DNA of 64,000 nucleotides from Candidatus Hydrogenedentota bacterium (GTDB lineage Bacteria; Hydrogenedentota; Hydrogenedentia; Hydrogenedentales; SLHB01): NCBI GenBank assembly GCA_963674865.2, contig CAXXYE010000008.1, positions 288,001 to 352,000 of the forward strand, read 5' to 3'. Shown piece by piece: positions 30,737 to 39,730 of this stretch (position 1 is its first letter; each line of letters starts with the position of its first letter). The notes under the pieces were generated by a model. It saw only the letters and a program-made list of their open reading frames with translations, ran no database searches and was not told where the DNA came from. The position numbers and the translations under genes were made by a program.

Positions 30737-33337
30737 ATGACGCGGAAAGAGAAGGCGGCGGGCATCGCAGTCGTGCTCTATGTGGCGACTGCATTGGCCG
30801 CCGCGGCGGCGCCCCAATTGTCTTTCCGTTCTCTCAGCGCAATGCCGGGAGATACCGCGTTTCTTGACCTGGACGTGACCGGGGCCGACGATTATTACTT
30901 GGGCGTCAACGTCAAGTTCAGTCTGCCCAATGGAGTGACGGTCTCATCCGTGGCAAAGGGCGATCTGCTCACGGATAATTTCACCCTCGATTCTCACCGT
31001 CTGGATAACTCCAATACCTACACAGCGTTCGCCTATTCTGTCACCGACTCGATACCGCCGGATGAAGGCTCCCTGCTGCGCTTCAGCCTTGAGGTCTCAA
31101 GTGATCTCGGTGAACTTGGCCTCGATACCGTCGCGGTTGTCGACGTGCCGGTGCCCATCCTGACGTCGGGAATTGCCGCCTTTGACGGCGATACCGCCCT
31201 GGGCCATTCGGCGGTCGACGGCGTGATCACCCTCTCCCGCGATCCGCTGGGGGCCTTGGCGGTTTCGCCCCTCTCTCGAACCGTGACTGCATCCGAGGGC
31301 ACGACGTCTTTTTCCGTGTCCAACACCGGCAGTGCGAGCCTGTCTTGGGTGGCCTCCGTCGGCGCGACGGATACGTGGCTTACCATTACGTCGGGCACAG
31401 GCGGCGTCGATGCCGGCGTAATTGAGGTCGCATTTGAACAGAATCCGTCTGCTTCCTCGCGGTCCGGCTCCATCCTTGTTGACGCGGGGGACGTGCCGGG
31501 CAGCCCTGTCGCGGCCACGGTCACGCAGGCCGGGAATACCAGCCCCTGGCTGGTGGTCTTGCCCGCCGAGCAGACCGTGAACGCCGACGCGCTGAGCGCG
31601 GAGTTTGCTGTGACAAACGCCGGCCCTAGCACACTCAACTGGGCCGCCTCGCTTGTTGAAGGCGGCGACTGGGCTTCCATCAGTGCGGGTGCGGCGGGCA
31701 TAGACGCAGGCACCATCCGCCTCAGTTTCTCGACCAATGACGCCGCTGCCGACCGGACTGCCGTTGTGCGCGTCGTGGGAACGAACGCGCTCGGCAGCCC
31801 AGCTCAGGTCAGCTTAACGCAACGCGGCCGTCAGCCCCTCGAAGTCATTACTCCGAACGGCGCGGAAGTCTGGCATCGCGGCGTCACGGAAACCATCACG
31901 TGGTGCTCTGACGCCCCCAAGGCCGTCAGTTCCGTTTCGATTCTACTCTTGAAGGGCGGCAACGTACTAAGAACCATTGCACAGACGACGTACAATACCG
32001 GCACGTATGAATGGACCATCCCGTTGGAGATGGAACCAAGTCACGATTACAAGATCCAGATCCTCGACGTCAATTATCCCAGCGTGCACGACGAGAGCGA
32101 CTCACCGTTCGGGATCAACTGCCCTCCCGACGCTCCCTCTAACGTCGTCGCCTCGGATGGCGAAATCCAACGCGTATTGATCACTTGGGACTCCGTGGAC
32201 ACTGCCGTCGAGTACGAAATCTACCGGAGCGAGGAAGACGACCCGGCCACGGCCGAACTCCTTGCCACCACCAGCACCACGTCGTACAAGGATACAACCG
32301 CCGAAGGCCCCACAACGCTTCGCGAGAGCCCCTTTGGCTGCTCCGGGGCCCGAGTCATGAAGGTCTACTATTACTGGGTGAAGTCGGTGAATAACTGCAG
32401 CGCGAGCGACTTCAGCCTATCCGATTCCGGCCATCGTGACCGCAATACACTGAAGGAGTCCGTTTATGAAAAGGCCCTGCCTTCCTGGCCGGGAGACGAG
32501 GAGAACATGAGCCTGGCCTGGCCGGACTCGACGCTCAGCCTCCGTCTTCGGAGCGAGGAAGGGATCCAACCTGACTCCGTCTGGGGCATCGTCCAATGGG
32601 CTGACGGCGAAAGCAGGACGGTCACGTGGCTCCCGCTCGAGGAGGGTGACGGGTGGGTGGTCTATATGCCCGAGATTGCCTGGCAGCTTGGCGATATCAT
32701 AGAGATGACCGTGGGAGCGGCCAATGCGCTCGGGGACCCGATCGGCCCCGAGTCATGGCGTTTCGAGGTGGTGGAACCCGGGGCTGCGGGTCCGGGCAAA
32801 GACATTGTCGAGGTGTGGCAGCCTGACCACAGTGACCTTGGCGCCATAGGAATGGACATCGTCGACGCGGACCTAGGTATCGCAGCGGTGTCCACGCCGT
32901 TGGCCGGGCTGGGAGTGCCTGAGCTGCCTGAATCCGTCGGTTTGCCGTACTTGGTGGGGCCGGAGGAACCGTACAGTGTGGCGCAGTGGGTGTGGTTGCC
33001 GTTGCCAGAAGGCACAGCGCCTGGCGACGTCGCCCTCTGGTATTACCACCCTGCGACCCTCGACGCGGGGTGGTATGCTGCCGACCGCGTTGAGGGGTGG
33101 CTCGCGTCAGAGGAGTTTTCCGTACGTGAGTTCCACGGCACGGTATATCTGGGCTTCCTCGTGCGTCACGGAGGTGTCGCCCAGCTTGCCACCCAGGACG
33201 CCGAGGTGCAGGTGTCAGCTTCCGCCGCAGTCCTTCCTGGTGACATCATCATACTGGTTTTTGTCATCATGATGCTGGCTGCCCTGGGAAGACCGGTCCG
33301 AGCTCGCTTCACAAGGCCAAGGAAACGTCTCGGCTAA
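30737..33337 (+). CDS. Cell-anchored scaffold: cohesin-like domain, two BACON-like domains, Ig/FN3 domains, C-terminal TM anchor
   Basis: Signal peptide; SAMPGDT..LDL..LGVNVKFSLP..GSLLRFSLEV..DGVITL (cohesin-like); WLTI/WASI..N...R.G; VITPNGAEVW..ITW; PDAPSNVVAS..ITWD..YEIYR; C-terminal GDIIILVFVIMMLAALGR plus a basic tail. Confidence 0.75.
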   Translation: MTRKEKAAGIAVVLYVATALAAAAAPQLSFRSLSAMPGDTAFLDLDVTGADDYYLGVNVKFSLPNGVTVSSVAKGDLLTDNFTLDSHRLDNSNTYTAFAYSVTDSIPPDEGSLLRFSLEVSSDLGELGLDTVAVVDVPVPILTSGIAAFDGDTALGHSAVDGVITLSRDPLGALAVSPLSRTVTASEGTTSFSVSNTGSASLSWVASVGATDTWLTITSGTGGVDAGVIEVAFEQNPSASSRSGSILVDAGDVPGSPVAATVTQAGNTSPWLVVLPAEQTVNADALSAEFAVTNAGPSTLNWAASLVEGGDWASISAGAAGIDAGTIRLSFSTNDAAADRTAVVRVVGTNALGSPAQVSLTQRGRQPLEVITPNGAEVWHRGVTETITWCSDAPKAVSSVSILLLKGGNVLRTIAQTTYNTGTYEWTIPLEMEPSHDYKIQILDVNYPSVHDESDSPFGINCPPDAPSNVVASDGEIQRVLITWDSVDTAVEYEIYRSEEDDPATAELLATTSTTSYKDTTAEGPTTLRESPFGCSGARVMKVYYYWVKSVNNCSASDFSLSDSGHRDRNTLKESVYEKALPSWPGDEENMSLAWPDSTLSLRLRSEEGIQPDSVWGIVQWADGESRTVTWLPLEEGDGWVVYMPEIAWQLGDIIEMTVGAANALGDPIGPESWRFEVVEPGAAGPGKDIVEVWQPDHSDLGAIGMDIVDADLGIAAVSTPLAGLGVPELPESVGLPYLVGPEEPYSVAQWVWLPLPEGTAPGDVALWYYHPATLDAGWYAADRVEGWLASEEFSVREFHGTVYLGFLVRHGGVAQLATQDAEVQVSASAAVLPGDIIILVFVIMMLAALGRPVRARFTRPRKRLG

Positions 33338-33480
33338 GGGGCCATCTCGAAAGCGCCAAGGCAAGGCCGACGAGATGCCGGTCATTCATGGCGTGCGGCA
33401 ACAATGGGTGTGGGCCCCGAAAACCGGTGGCGTGCTCCCCCGCAAACTGGTCCATGTACTATGAGAGTTTCCAGTCGGCT

Positions 33481-33945
33481 TGACGGTCCCCGAAAACTGA
33501 TCCACTAGGCGCTGGAGGAAATCGCGGTAGGCGCCTCCTGGTTGCCGGTTGCGGCCCGCGCGTATTCACTGGGGGGCATGCCCCCCCAGTGAGCGATGGG
33601 ACCTTATTTCATTGTAGTTTATCCGCCACTTCTCCAGCTTGTCGCGCGCATCGCCCAGGCTGAAGAAGAGATTCACGTTGAGACATTCGTCCCTTAGTTT
33701 GCCATTAAGGGACTCTATGTGCTCGTTGTCCGTAGGGCGCCCTGGCCTGATGAATTCCAGCTGAATTCCGTGGCGGTAGGCCAAGCATCCATCGCCTTGC
33801 CGTAGAACTCGGAGCCGTTATCCACCTGAATACTGCGCGGGGCGCCGCGTTGCCTGCGAATGCGTTCAAGGTAAGCCACCACGTGCTCTCCCGTCAAGGA
33901 AAAGCCGGGCACGACTGCGAGCGATTCTCGTGTGTACATATCCAA
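33481..33945 (-). mobile_element. IS3-family (IS407-like) transposase 3' remnant with terminal IR
   Basis: YTRESLA...IQVDNGSEF / IRPGRPTDNEHIESLNGKLRDECLN..WRINYNE.R.HRSLG, frameshifted near 33780; IR tgacggtccccgaaaactgatcca at 33481. Confidence 0.85.
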
Positions 33946-34074
33946 TACGTGAACACCACACTCTGAAATCTGAGATCTGAACTGTGAGATCTCAGCCGTC
34001 AGTCCACTCTACGCCCCAGGAGCCGCCCGGAGTCCCTTTCCGTCCTCTCGGCCCGTGCCGTCCTCGAAGTCCCT

Positions 34075-35619
34075 TCAGCCCCTTGTGTCCCCTTTCCTGT
34101 CGCTGGCCACAAACCCAAACGCGTAGAGCTTGCAGTCGCGCATAATGAAGCGCAGCCGCACTGGTTTTCCGGAGAGGGGTAGAACCGTCTCTCGATCTCC
34201 CCAGGCAACAGGCATGCGGACCGAGTTGCCACACAGAAGCGTAGCCTCGGTTTGCGTGTAGCCGGGAATGGGCGCACCTGCTTCATCCAACACCTCAACC
34301 TGCAGAACGCCTCCGCCGCCGGTGTCGACATTCACTTCGAGCTTGTCCCCCTCAAAGGAAAGGAGGTGCGTCGTAAGCTCTCCGCCGCTGTAGTCGGCAT
34401 CGGCGGACACAAAACCGTCAAGTCGCATGATGGCCAAGCCTATACCGCTCAGGGAATCTGAGGCATTTGGATCAATGTAGCCATCGTGGTCCCTATTCCT
34501 GCCTACGTAGTAGAACCATAACTCATCACCCATTCGCACCGGGTTCGGGATTGCCCAGACTATTCTGGAATCAAAGGCACCGGCGGGCCCGAGCGTGAGA
34601 AACGGCTTGCGGCCGCCGGCACGCCGAAAATCAACGCCATTGCGGCTGACGGCCAGGCGCACATCTATCGTCGCGGGGCCTAGTCTCTCGCCTTTGCGAA
34701 GGTCTTCTTTGCCATCCTTGCCCCAGCGTTCGTTCGGGGGGCGCCGCTTGAAGTGCCAGAATGGCTGACTCAACATGATGTAGACGCCGTCTGGATCGGG
34801 ATACCTGAACACGGCCGCACCATAATAGTCAACCGGAGGTTTCGGGGTTGGCGACGTGTAGATGGCGTTGTCCGCCGCATCAGCCTGCATGACAATGGTT
34901 TCGTTCTCCCAGTGCTGCAAGTCGTCCGATTCAAAGCGCCGAACCACCCTGGATCGAGCCGGTGTACCGGCATTCGGGTTCTGACGCGTATAAAGAACGT
35001 ACCTCTCAATCCGCGTATCCCAAAAGGCAATGTTCTGTGTATCGCAGGCCCCAATATCCAAATGCTGCCAAAGAGTCCAGGAGATCCCGTCCGCGGAGTG
35101 GTAGCAATACAACCGCCCTTCGTTCGGCGCATTGTATCCCTTACATTGGCTCCGGTAGCGCTGGTCTTTGGGGGCGCGAGGGTCGATCCAGACGGCGCTG
35201 CCGCCTATTTTGCTCTCCATGACGATGTTATTCTCTTTCGAGCCGTCAAGCACGTGCAGTCCCAGGGAGGGCTTGGCAAAATGAATGCCATCGGTGGACT
35301 CAGCATAGGCCACCTGTACGGAGTCGCCAAATCGGAAGTCGTACCAAAGCCGAATCTTCTCCCCTTCCTTGAGCAGACTGCAGCAAGCGCCGATGTGTCC
35401 CTTCACCGCCTTCTCCCATGGCGCATCGGCCAGCAGGACAGTCCGGCCGGTCCGAGAGGGAGCATTCATGGTGAATGCAACGCCCGTACTGGACTCGACG
35501 AGATCACGGTCAACAAACAGCTGTCTTCGTGACCCGATGTCTATGACCGTCTCCGCGTGAGAAGGTGTCGCATCGGCCCACACTACCAAACACATCACAA
35601 GAACAAGGATCGGGAACAC
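34075..35619 (-). CDS. Secreted five-bladed beta-propeller glycoside hydrolase-like protein (GH32-like)
   Basis: Signal peptide; RRQLFVD, YAESTDGIHFAKP, SADGISW, SRNGVDF, LDGFVS, C-terminal VRLRF...LYAF. Confidence 0.75.
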   Translation of the reverse strand: MFPILVLVMCLVVWADATPSHAETVIDIGSRRQLFVDRDLVESSTGVAFTMNAPSRTGRTVLLADAPWEKAVKGHIGACCSLLKEGEKIRLWYDFRFGDSVQVAYAESTDGIHFAKPSLGLHVLDGSKENNIVMESKIGGSAVWIDPRAPKDQRYRSQCKGYNAPNEGRLYCYHSADGISWTLWQHLDIGACDTQNIAFWDTRIERYVLYTRQNPNAGTPARSRVVRRFESDDLQHWENETIVMQADAADNAIYTSPTPKPPVDYYGAAVFRYPDPDGVYIMLSQPFWHFKRRPPNERWGKDGKEDLRKGERLGPATIDVRLAVSRNGVDFRRAGGRKPFLTLGPAGAFDSRIVWAIPNPVRMGDELWFYYVGRNRDHDGYIDPNASDSLSGIGLAIMRLDGFVSADADYSGGELTTHLLSFEGDKLEVNVDTGGGGVLQVEVLDEAGAPIPGYTQTEATLLCGNSVRMPVAWGDRETVLPLSGKPVRLRFIMRDCKLYAFGFVASDRKGDTRG

Positions 35620-35738
35620 AGCATTCTCCCTCCGTCAGCACATACCTGCACCATCCGGCATACGCAACGCCGACTTGACCAAACAACCGCACAAGGACAT
35701 CAGAGACCTGCATTTGATTAAGGGAATGGGCGACCGGA

Positions 35739-37121
35739 CTACTTGCGCGCCGTGCAGTGGAGCCCGTACAACCGCGCCTGGCAAAGGTACACGCGTAGGA
35801 CGATGGTGCGGCCCGCAAGGGCGTCCATCGAGGCGTTGTCCTGCCACCGGGGTTCCCAGGAACCCTCGCTGGCACCGCGCAGCGTCTCGGAGAGGTATCC
35901 GGGGACGGGCGTGCCGCTGTCGTCGATCACTTCCACCCACGCCGAGCCGGCGCCGATGTGGTGGTCGCCTTCGCCGGCGGCGATGCGTGCGTTCACGTTG
36001 AGCCGTAGCGCACCGCCCGGCCACTCGAACGGCTTGGTCTCGATGTATCCCTCGACGGGTCCCGCTTCGAGCGCAACAAGCCGGTCTTTCGGCATCACTG
36101 CACACCCGATGGCCCCGCGCCGATGGGGATACAGCCCGGGCCAGACCTTTTGGTGCGCGCCGTTGCGGCCCTCGAAGAAGAAGTGCAGCGTGTCGCCAAT
36201 GTCCACAGGCGCGGATGGGAACGGGCATACCCACCGGCTGTCCCATGCGCCTTCAGGACCGCGCGGAAGGAAAATCGTGCGCGAGCGGTTCCACGTCACC
36301 GTGTCGTGGCTTGACACCAGTTCCGTGTCGATCACATCGGGCGTGGTCCAGAGCCGCTGAACAACGCCAAGGTATTGGTCGCGGTATTTGAACGCGTGCA
36401 TCCCGTAAAACTGGAGGTCCCACGAGTCTTCCAGTTCGGGTTCGAGCATGGGCTCCGGCTTGGACCAGTGGAAGAGGTCCGGGCTGTCCAGCCGCCAGAT
36501 GATACGGCGCCGGAACGTGGCGTTATTCTCCTCGGACTTGCGCGAGAACGCCACAAACGGGCGTTCCAAGCCGGGCGCGTGGAGCAGTGTGGTTCGATCA
36601 CTCACGTCGATCGTGACCGGTTCCTCGCGCACGTCCCAATGGATGCCATCGGGCGAGAAGGCCACGTAGAGGCCCGTGCCGTTGAAGTGCGCACACGTGA
36701 GGCATTTATACCGGCGGGCAGAATCGGGCTCGTGCTCATCGTGAATCACGGTGCTTGTGCCGTACCAGTCCATGCCCGGCGCCATCAACACGATGTTTGT
36801 TCCGCGGCCCCCTTCACACTTGTACAAGCCCAGGTCGGGCTTCGTCCAGTGGACGCCGTCCCGGCTTTCGGCGTAGCAGAGGACGGATTTCCACGGGCTC
36901 CTCAGACGCAGCGCCGCGGTGTGGTACCACATCCGATAGCCGTTTCCTTCTTCTGCCGGCAAAACGCAGCCGTTCGCGCAGACGCACTCGTGTTCCCACG
37001 GCCGATCCGGTCCAAGGACTTCGCCATACTTAGTCGGTTGTTCAAACACGCGCGAAAGGCGTACCGCCCGCGCGATCGCGTCATCGTCGAAGAACAATAC
37101 CGTGTCTGATGCGGCGAACAT
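35739..37121 (-). CDS. Five-bladed beta-propeller glycoside hydrolase-like protein
   Basis: LFFDD, YAESRDGVHWTKP, SPDGIHW, SPDLFHW, LRLNV...ARLYG; paralogous in architecture to the neighbour. Confidence 0.75.
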   Translation of the reverse strand: MFAASDTVLFFDDDAIARAVRLSRVFEQPTKYGEVLGPDRPWEHECVCANGCVLPAEEGNGYRMWYHTAALRLRSPWKSVLCYAESRDGVHWTKPDLGLYKCEGGRGTNIVLMAPGMDWYGTSTVIHDEHEPDSARRYKCLTCAHFNGTGLYVAFSPDGIHWDVREEPVTIDVSDRTTLLHAPGLERPFVAFSRKSEENNATFRRRIIWRLDSPDLFHWSKPEPMLEPELEDSWDLQFYGMHAFKYRDQYLGVVQRLWTTPDVIDTELVSSHDTVTWNRSRTIFLPRGPEGAWDSRWVCPFPSAPVDIGDTLHFFFEGRNGAHQKVWPGLYPHRRGAIGCAVMPKDRLVALEAGPVEGYIETKPFEWPGGALRLNVNARIAAGEGDHHIGAGSAWVEVIDDSGTPVPGYLSETLRGASEGSWEPRWQDNASMDALAGRTIVLRVYLCQARLYGLHCTARK

Positions 37122-37235
37122 CAAGCAAACTCCCGAACATCCTGAGGACGTGATCCCCTTCCATGGCATGACGTTGTGCCTCGCATTTAATGGAGCGTCC
37201 AACATTAACCTGGCTTTCTCAGCCCATATTGAGGT

Positions 37236-37724
37236 TCAGTGTGTCAACTCAGCGAACTGGTCGCGGGGGTAATTGTAATCTATGGCTCTGAAAGGAGTCC
37301 TATTGAGTTGGAGAGTCGCTTCTTCAAGAGAGCAGTTGTTTTCAGTGAGCATGTATTTGGCCAGATTGATCATATCCGTCATCGAGCCAGTCACGGAACG
37401 ATTGAGGCCTTTGGTCAAGAGCATTTCGTAGATCTCCGCCTCGAGATGTTGTCTGAAGACATCGCCGAAGTTGTCGGTCAGCATCTGCCGTTCTAGATAA
37501 CGGAGAAGTCCGTTGGCGAACTGCTCCTTGGTTTCCAGTCCATTGGCAGGAGCGAAGAAGGAATATAGGGACGCCGTGTTGGTGATGAGCATCACCGATA
37601 CGTCTTCGTAGAGTTCAAACGCCCGGCATGTCCAGTCTGCGGCGGGATTGGCTCCCAAAGGTAATGTATCCATGGGAGCGATTTTGAGCTGTTTGGCCAG
37701 CTTGCCAGTCACGCGCACTATCAT
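37236..37724 (-). CDS. Hypothetical protein (DUF6933-like)
   Basis: MIVRVTGKLAKQL..DW..LITNTASLYSF..NRSVTGSMTD..LNRTPF..Y.YP. The ATG overlaps the transposase stop (ATGA). Confidence 0.6.
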   Translation of the reverse strand: MIVRVTGKLAKQLKIAPMDTLPLGANPAADWTCRAFELYEDVSVMLITNTASLYSFFAPANGLETKEQFANGLLRYLERQMLTDNFGDVFRQHLEAEIYEMLLTKGLNRSVTGSMTDMINLAKYMLTENNCSLEEATLQLNRTPFRAIDYNYPRDQFAELTH

Positions 37725-38764
37725 GCGGCCTCGCTCCATTCATAGCGATGGTGAAGTCCGCCTACGCGAGGCATTTCAACCAGGCGCGAGGCGGGAGATG
37801 CCCGCATTGATACGGGACGTCTTGTGGGCGTTTCCTTCCCAAGGCCCAAATGCGTTCGGTCTTCGTGATAGTACGCGAAGTATGAGCGAAGGATTCGACG
37901 CAGATGGTCTCCATTGAACACGATCACATGGTCCAGGCATTCCCGGCGAATGCTCCCATGAAGTCGTTCGACATACGGGTTCTGCCAGGGGCTGTGGTAT
38001 GCGGTCAGTACCTCTTCTATGCCCATCGATTGGACGCGCCTTCGAAAGCACTCTTCGTAGATGCTATCTCTGTCCCGAAGCAAGTACCTGGGCGCAGTAT
38101 CCCACGGGAACGCCTCGACAATCTGTTGCGCTGTCCATTCAGCTGTGGGATTCGCTGTTACGTTGAAGTGAAGCACACGGCGTCGGGCGTGACTCAGGAT
38201 AATGAAGACGAATAGCAGCCGAAATCGAATGGTCGGGACGACGAGGAAGTCTACCCCAACCATGTCCGGCATATGATTCGCAATGAAGGCGCGCCAGGTC
38301 TGCGAGGGTGGTCTCCTTCTGTGCCGACGCAGCAAGTTGGAGACCGTCCGCTCAGAGACGACAATGCCAAGCTCGAGCAACTCGCCGTGAATCTTGGGAG
38401 CACCCCACAGCGGATTGGCATCGGCCATCTTGAGGATGAGCGACCGCACATCAGAATCCAGCGCGGGTCTTCCGCGTTTGCCTGTCCGAGACTTCCGGCG
38501 CCAGTAGCGCTTGAAGGCCTTCTTGTGCCACCGCACAACCGTGTCCGGCTTCACAATCAGAAGGGCGTCTCGCCATCCCGCCCACATACGGGACAGCAGC
38601 ACCCAGAACAGTCGGTCACGCTCTTTGAGCTTGGGGCGATTCTGGTTTCGCTTGAGCACGATGAGTTGCTGGCGAAGGGCGAGGTTCTCAGCCGTCAGAT
38701 TCGCGATGATGTTGAGCTTGTGAGCCAGCCATTCACAGCCGTTTCTGAGCAATTCGAGCATCAT
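37721..38764 (-). CDS. Integrase-core (DDE) transposase, apparently intact
   Basis: AENLALRQQL, WGAPKIHGEL, VDFLVVPT, YLLRDRD, SPWQNPYVERLHGSIRRECLD, GGLHHRY. The IS left end is at 38830. Confidence 0.92.
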   Translation of the reverse strand: MMLELLRNGCEWLAHKLNIIANLTAENLALRQQLIVLKRNQNRPKLKERDRLFWVLLSRMWAGWRDALLIVKPDTVVRWHKKAFKRYWRRKSRTGKRGRPALDSDVRSLILKMADANPLWGAPKIHGELLELGIVVSERTVSNLLRRHRRRPPSQTWRAFIANHMPDMVGVDFLVVPTIRFRLLFVFIILSHARRRVLHFNVTANPTAEWTAQQIVEAFPWDTAPRYLLRDRDSIYEECFRRRVQSMGIEEVLTAYHSPWQNPYVERLHGSIRRECLDHVIVFNGDHLRRILRSYFAYYHEDRTHLGLGKETPTRRPVSMRASPASRLVEMPRVGGLHHRYEWSEAA

Positions 38765-38830
38765 TGAAGCTTACTCCAAGGATGACGTAAGTTCAATGAC
38801 AGCAATGGGTACGAATAAATGCGAGCGACA

Positions 38831-39004
38831 GGTCTTGGTGGGGAGTTGTGTGTCGAGAACACCGGACGCCAGGGATGTTTCCAGGTTCCGGAGCCGCTCC
38901 TTTGCTACCTGGTAGGATGTGGTTTCCAGCGACCGTCGGCGTTCCTTGCCGCCTGAGTAGTAGACCGCATAGTACGTTTTTCCGCGTTTGATGAGACCAG
39001 CCAT
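38831..39004 (-). pseudogene. N-terminus of a phage-type tyrosine integrase, truncated by IS insertion
   Basis: MAGLIKRGKTYYAVYYSGGKERRRSLETTSYQVAKERL (arm-binding-like domain) with GAGG RBS, directly downstream of the tRNA. Similarity stops exactly at the IS end. Confidence 0.7.
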
Positions 39005-39094
39005 TGCGCAACCTCCTCTGGTCGTGTAGACCACGTTGAGTTAGGCGATGTGCGCAACCGACTGTGTCCTCCTTTCATACCCGGCAAAATCTTC

Positions 39095-39116
39095 ACTGTA
39101 CAATTTACTGTACAAT
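39095..39116. repeat. Direct repeat ACTGTACAAT x2, possible integrase arm-type sites
   Basis: Two perfect 10-mers with a 12-bp period between the tRNA and the integrase. Confidence 0.45.
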
Positions 39117-39132
39117 GGCCGTTTTTTGGCAC

Positions 39133-39166
39133 AAAAAAAGGACTTACGGATTTCCGTAAGTCCTTT
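39133..39166 (-). terminator. Rho-independent terminator downstream of the tRNA
   Basis: aaaggacttacgga/tccgtaagtccttt hairpin followed by a T tract on the minus strand. Confidence 0.8.
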
Positions 39167-39175
39167 GATACCAAT

Positions 39176-39252
<77 letters not shown>

Positions 39253-39265
39253 ATCGCGAAATGGC

Positions 39266-39294
39266 ATGATAGCAGAAAAACACCTCTTCGTCAA
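39266..39294 (-). promoter_or_regulatory. Sigma70 promoter of the tRNA
   Basis: TTGACG-N17-TATCAT with extended -10 TG. Confidence 0.75.
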
Positions 39295-39494
39295 ACGTGT
39301 GGCGGAATGATTCGTTTGAGCCCCGGCCTTCGCATGCTCTGTGCTTGGGAATCACCCGGTTGTCGCGGGTTGCGATCTGTTGCGGCTGCCGTAGGGCCCG
39401 CCTGTTGGCGCGTTAACGCGGGAATTGCTACACTCCGGAGCAGGTTGACGTGGATACGGGGGCCCGCTCGTGCGTGGCCTATCGAACGGAGGAT

Positions 39495-39701
39495 ATGCTT
39501 GTGATCTATGTGCGAACCTTCAAGGGCTATGAGGATAAGGTGCGGGATATCGACAACGCGGTCAACGAATGGATTCACGCCAACCAAGTCGAGGCTGTAG
39601 ACGTCAAGACGGTAATGAGTCATGAGGCCGGGTCGCGTGCGGGGTCCGGCGATCTTATTTACACGGTGCTGTATCGGGCGGAGCATCCTCTGCCGGACTA
39701 G
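39495..39701 (+). CDS. Small hypothetical protein (68 aa)
   Basis: GGAGG RBS; VRTFKG..IDNAVNEWI..VDVK..TVLY looks like a compact alpha/beta fold. Confidence 0.7.
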   Translation: MLVIYVRTFKGYEDKVRDIDNAVNEWIHANQVEAVDVKTVMSHEAGSRAGSGDLIYTVLYRAEHPLPD

Positions 39702-39730
39702 GCCCAGGAGTCCGGCCCGAAAGCGCGCCC

